The translations under genes were made by a program, and so were the position numbers. Shown in pieces: positions 63,580 through 64,000 of a DNA stretch of 64,000 nt (the first letter of the stretch is position 1; the number at the start of each line of letters is the position of its first letter). The stretch comes from Octopus sinensis. Its lineage: Eukaryota. The stretch lies in NCBI RefSeq assembly GCF_006345805.1, contig NW_021832563.1, forward strand, positions 31,811-95,810, read 5' to 3'. The notes beneath the pieces were generated by a model, which saw nothing but the letters and a program-made list of their open reading frames with translations, was not told the DNA's origin and did not search any database.

Positions 63580-63760
63580 TCTCTCTATATATAAACGGCA
63601 GTTTGTCTGTCTGTGTGTCTGTGTGTCTGTCAGGTTGTACCCTCACCCTGACCACGGCTTTCAACCGATTCTGATGGAACTTGACACACACAAAGCCCAA
63701 TGTCATAATTAAAAACTAACGCAGTGAAAATTTTGAAAAGTTCCCCCAGTTCTGAAAAAG
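63580..63760 (+). mobile_element. Helitron 5' fragment
   Basis: Matches the first part of 59459-59807. Confidence 0.8.
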
Positions 63761-64000
63761 TATTCGAATAACTTGCGGCTGCAGCAGCTATTAGCAGAAG
63801 TAGCGGTGTTGGGGGTAAAGTCTCGAATGTAATTTCTTCCTGGTAGGAATTGGTTGGGTTGAATTATCGATAACTGTTTAATAGTTATTTGGGAGTGAAG
63901 AGAAGACATTGCACACCTACACATGCGCCTTCGTTCCCTAGAGGGAAAGGACTAGATTGGGATTAGTCGTTGCCTACTAGGGGCTCTTACATACCCGGGC

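Overview
This is AT-rich, microsatellite-saturated eukaryotic DNA. From memory, its tRNA-derived SINE families look like those of Octopus (cephalopod); no database was searched. Almost every ORF in the supplied track is a translation of simple repeats. The only probable host-gene sequence is a minus-strand first coding exon (MSPREAHSSEIHKYK, 6907-6863, followed by a GT donor) behind a CpG-rich leader/promoter (about 6908-7370). The rest is mostly simple repeats and transposon debris: four SINE families, Tc1/mariner and hAT derivatives, non-autonomous Helitrons, and R4/Dong-, Tx1/L1- and RTE-like LINE fragments. The standout is a hammerhead-ribozyme retroelement system. Two non-coding tandem arrays (15851-17540, about 557-bp unit x3; 46389-48888, about 597-bp unit, one inverted plus three direct copies) sit in (TA)n tracts. 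Every unit carries a type I hammerhead with a palindromic stem III. The two units share homologous blocks in the same order, and all three array 3' ends lie 191-193 nt past the predicted cleavage site. Each run is n whole units plus a short terminal overhang, as expected from rolling-circle reverse transcription of a circular RNA (retrozyme / non-autonomous Penelope-like element). About ten further hammerhead-like motifs, mostly degenerate, and several fold-back palindromes are scattered between 15 and 60 kb. Ribozyme folds were assigned by eye; activity, circular RNA and novelty are untested. Copy-to-copy indels suggest some long-read error, so array copy number and inversions need read-level confirmation.
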